From assembly GCA_002269645.1 (NCBI GenBank), contig NIVC01003187.1, forward strand, positions 1-64,000: a DNA stretch of 64,000 nt, in the 5' to 3' direction. Below, in pieces: positions 61,051 through 64,000 of this stretch. The notes beneath the pieces are model-generated. The model saw nothing but the letters and a program-made list of their open reading frames with translations. It had not been told where the DNA came from and did not search any database. Made by a program: the position numbers and the translations under genes. Position 1 is the stretch's first letter. Each line of letters starts with the position of its first letter. This stretch comes from Macrostomum lignano. Lineage: Eukaryota.

Positions 61051-61564
61051 CCCGGTGCCGACGGCATCGTGATGACGAAATGCTTGAGAGACTGTCTGCG
61101 CGGATGTCCAGCATGGCTTGCCTGCACTATCGAGGCTTGATCAGCGAAACTTGAGATATTCGCTTCAGGATGTCATTATCTTAGTCACCTGCTGCCACCT
61201 GTTGAAGGTCCAGCAGCTCCGCCTGAGGGAAGGCCAGTGACCAATGAAGTCAAGAGCTGATGCAGGCACATGTGGTCGGCGTGCTGATGAAATTTGGAGG
61301 CTTGGCAAGGCGGCACTGAATACACTAGTGCTTATGGAAAAAATCCGACCATCTGGCAGAATCGTTGAATATCTCGATATTCCAGAGAGCTGGCGACTTG
61401 ATTCTTGTTTGAGAAGGTGCGCAACAAAAATTTTGCCCGTGTTCTTGAATTTCATGTGCCTGCGTTGCTCCGTTCCGGCGCAGCAAAAAATGTCAGGGGG
61501 ACGTCTTAATTGCTCTACGGGCGAAGAAATGACTTGATATTCCTACCGTTAAACTCGCGAACTT

Positions 61565-61885
61565 GGTCGCAAATGTCTATGGCAAAACCCTTAGTCTTAC
61601 TAGACTGTACGCAGATCTCTGTAGCATTGAACTGGCAAACTTTGTCGCAAATGTCTATGTCAAAGCCCTTAGTCTTACTAGACTGTACGAGCTATGCAGA
61701 TCTCTGTAGCATTGAACTGGCAAACTTTGTCGCGTCGCAAATGTCTATGGCAAAACCCTTAGTCTTACTAGACTGTACGCAGATCTCTGTAGCATTGAAC
61801 TGGCAAACTTTGTCGCAAATGTCTATGTCAAAACCCTTAGTCTTACTAAACTGTATGCAGATCTCTGTAGCATTGAACTGGCAAC
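61565..61885. repeat. About 78-bp tandem repeat x4 (GCAAATGTCTATGGCAAAACCCTTAGTCTTACTAGACTGTACGCAGATCTCTGTAGCATTGAACTGGC)
   Basis: Read directly; a related fragment lies at about 60615-60645. Confidence 0.9.
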
Positions 61886-63113
61886 TTGGTCTCAGGCACT
61901 GTATATTCTGCAAACACCGATTTGGGATCAAATCATACGACCGAAGCTTCAGAAGGTTTTCCCAGCTATCTACTCGTTCGCTACTTGTGAGCTGCGGGCA
62001 GCCACTATCACAACGGTTTCGGCAAAAGACACGAGAAAGCAATTACGAATAAATAGGAAGGCTTAAAGCATGCTCATAGAGTGTATATCATACCTTGCAA
62101 AGCTGCTGAAGTCATGTCAGAGCATCAATTTTTTATCAAAGTCTCATTATGTTATTATTTATTTAGGCCCTCTGCCTGTCACAGCTAGCTGTCAAAGCAT
62201 CTGCAAACATAATGATTTTGCGTGTTTGTTGAGCACTTTTACTTCTATAACATGAGACAAAGCTATTTAATTTTGAATTTCGCTTTGACATCGATGGTCA
62301 TCCATCTTACTTTTATCTGGTAAGGGGGGTTATCGAGCAATTATCTTGACCGAAACGGCGACTTTGAAGATCCAATTAACTCGGGGCTGCGGGGGCGGGG
62401 GCTTGTGTCGGTGGGCTGTTCTGCGATTCAAACAACCCATGACGAGGTCCAGCCACTAAGACATACATGTAGAGAGTGTACATGCCCGACGATTCGAAAT
62501 TCAGGGTCAGCGGAATGTCAAGAGTTGCCCCAGCGCGCTTGCTGCTGAGTTGCCCTCGTAACCCTGCTGCGAATGCTAATTAATTATGGTGCGGGTTCAG
62601 CACTCAAGGAAGCACCCGGCCTTCGGCTGCTGGACAGACTGAGCAACACCGCTGGCGGGCCCTCTTGGCCCTTAGAGTCTTCTCTCATCCCATGCTTAAC
62701 GAGTTCGCTGTGCCGATATAGCATTTCTGGACAAAAATAGCTTGATAAACTTGTGAGTCCACTTTGGGCAAAACACCTACAAGCTACTCGCTTTGTTTGC
62801 GAGCGCAGCGTCTTTGATACTTATTCGGAAACAAACTATGAGTATTGACTACACTGTGAATAGCAGCTTGTTTCATAAATAGTATCAGTCCATTTTCTGT
62901 TTCAATCATAGCAAACAAACTGTGTATCTCCTAGCGCAAACAGCTAACTGGAAAATACTCGACAGCTCGAGTCTGAAAGCCAATGGGAAGATAGCGGCCT
63001 AGTCAGCCAGTCGATAAATAAGACAGGACAGCAACGCTCCGGCTACGCAGCACTCGGCTCCGCCTCGCTCTCCTCGAAACCTTGAACCTTAACCGAACCT
63101 CAACCGAACTGAG

Positions 63114-63437
63114 ATGCAACCAGTTACAGTGGTTCTACCGATTCTGCTTCTGCTGGCGACGGTGCAGCAGTCCTCAGCCGCCGCGATCACTGCTGGCGAT
63201 GTGGACTCAACGGACGAAACGGTCGCTGACCTCGCCCGACACTGCGACATTCGGCGCCGACTGAAACTGCCCACTCCGGCGGCGCTGTGCGTTGAGCTGC
63301 TGCGGGACAGGGCCGCGGACGCGCCGCCAGACAAGCGGGCGTGGCTGCAGTCGTCGCAGCTGTCCTACCAGAGATTCATGGACAAAATGCGCGAGGGTGA
63401 CGAGAAGCAGCGGTACAATGTCATGCGATACGGCTGA
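63114..63437 (+). CDS. Neuropeptide precursor (107 aa) yielding a C-terminal RYamide peptide
   Basis: Signal peptide MQPVTVVLPILLLLATVQQSSA; KR cleavage site; terminal ...RYNVMRY-G-stop (Gly amide donor); AATAAA at about 63498. Confidence 0.85.
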   Translation: MQPVTVVLPILLLLATVQQSSAAAITAGDVDSTDETVADLARHCDIRRRLKLPTPAALCVELLRDRAADAPPDKRAWLQSSQLSYQRFMDKMREGDEKQRYNVMRYG

Positions 63438-64000
63438 GATGCAAATAGATTCCCTTCTATCTGACGAGTTCGCTCCTCTGTTGTTGTCATCAAGTTGAAT
63501 AAATTATTAATAAATTTCAGCTTGTGGAGCATGAATCTATTTTAAATGATTCTTAGCGGCTACTTCTATCTGTATTGGTTTTTATCTATCTATTACAGAC
63601 TGCATTTTGGCGAAAATTCTCTTATAATATTTAATATATTTCCCATGGGCCTTCACTAAAAAAGAGTCGACCCAAGGACCGCTAGGAACACTTCGAGTAG
63701 TAGTCCTTGGATCGATCCTGGCCTCGTTTAATAGGTATCATTCGATCATTGCTTGATTAATAAGCTTTGTTAGAATCCCACTGGCAGCCAATGTAGATAT
63801 AGGAAAAAGAGTAGAGCGGGCATACAATTGGTACTGAAGCAATTGACAAAATTATTGATCCCATTTAGATAGCAATTTATGCTTTAAGCGTTTTGCTCAT
63901 TCTAATCTCTCCAAGAGCTCATCAGTCATAGGCTCATATTTCGCATTGTTCACTCTTGGAGACAATATGATCCGAGTTTCTTAATGCATTTGCTTTGACA

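Noticed and set aside
61165-61537. LPSLQISSARRPHVPASA as a hAT transposase dimerisation remnant
   Set aside because: The resemblance is weak, the following ERxFS motif is absent and there are no matching TIRs.
63910-63960. CTGATGA plus GAAA inside an 8-bp inverted repeat as a type II hammerhead
   Set aside because: Only 13 nt separate GAAA and CTGATGA, too short for stems III and I.

Overview
This is eukaryotic (metazoan) genomic DNA. GC-rich, spliced exons sit among introns and intergenic gaps that each carry a private minisatellite. That architecture resembles the free-living flatworm Macrostomum; the organism is an inference, not verified. Six protein-coding genes can be built with consistent GT-AG phases: (1) a small signal-peptide plus single-TM orphan (7440-7790, -); (2) EMG1/NEP1 (8836-10212, -); (3) an MRTF/myocardin-family coactivator with 2 RPEL motifs, a basic region and a SAP domain (21469-25628, +, 3 exons, about 685 aa); (4) a LIM-domain LIMA1/XIRP2-like protein with repeated DVVRSGD..ELP motifs (36599-52926, +, about 12 exons); (5) neuroendocrine 7B2 (56112-57914, +, 3 exons); (6) an RYamide-type neuropeptide precursor (63114-63437, +). 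The best mobile element is a very young 5.04-kb Ty3/gypsy-type LTR element (30736-35777, -). It has near-identical LTRs, an ATAT TSD, a tRNA-Leu PBS and a PPT, but no pol. It keeps a damaged gag and carries an intact extra 291-aa gene behind its own TATA/GC-box promoter; this is the top novelty candidate. Also present are a MULE with a 9-bp TSD, several hAT MITEs with 8-bp TSDs, fold-back elements, a CORE-SINE, Helentron-like units and about 20 tandem arrays. CpG-to-TpG/CpA decay in old elements and a possible SL-trans-spliced EMG1 operon are further leads. There is no CRISPR array, rRNA or intact tRNA gene. All calls were made by eye; no searches were run.
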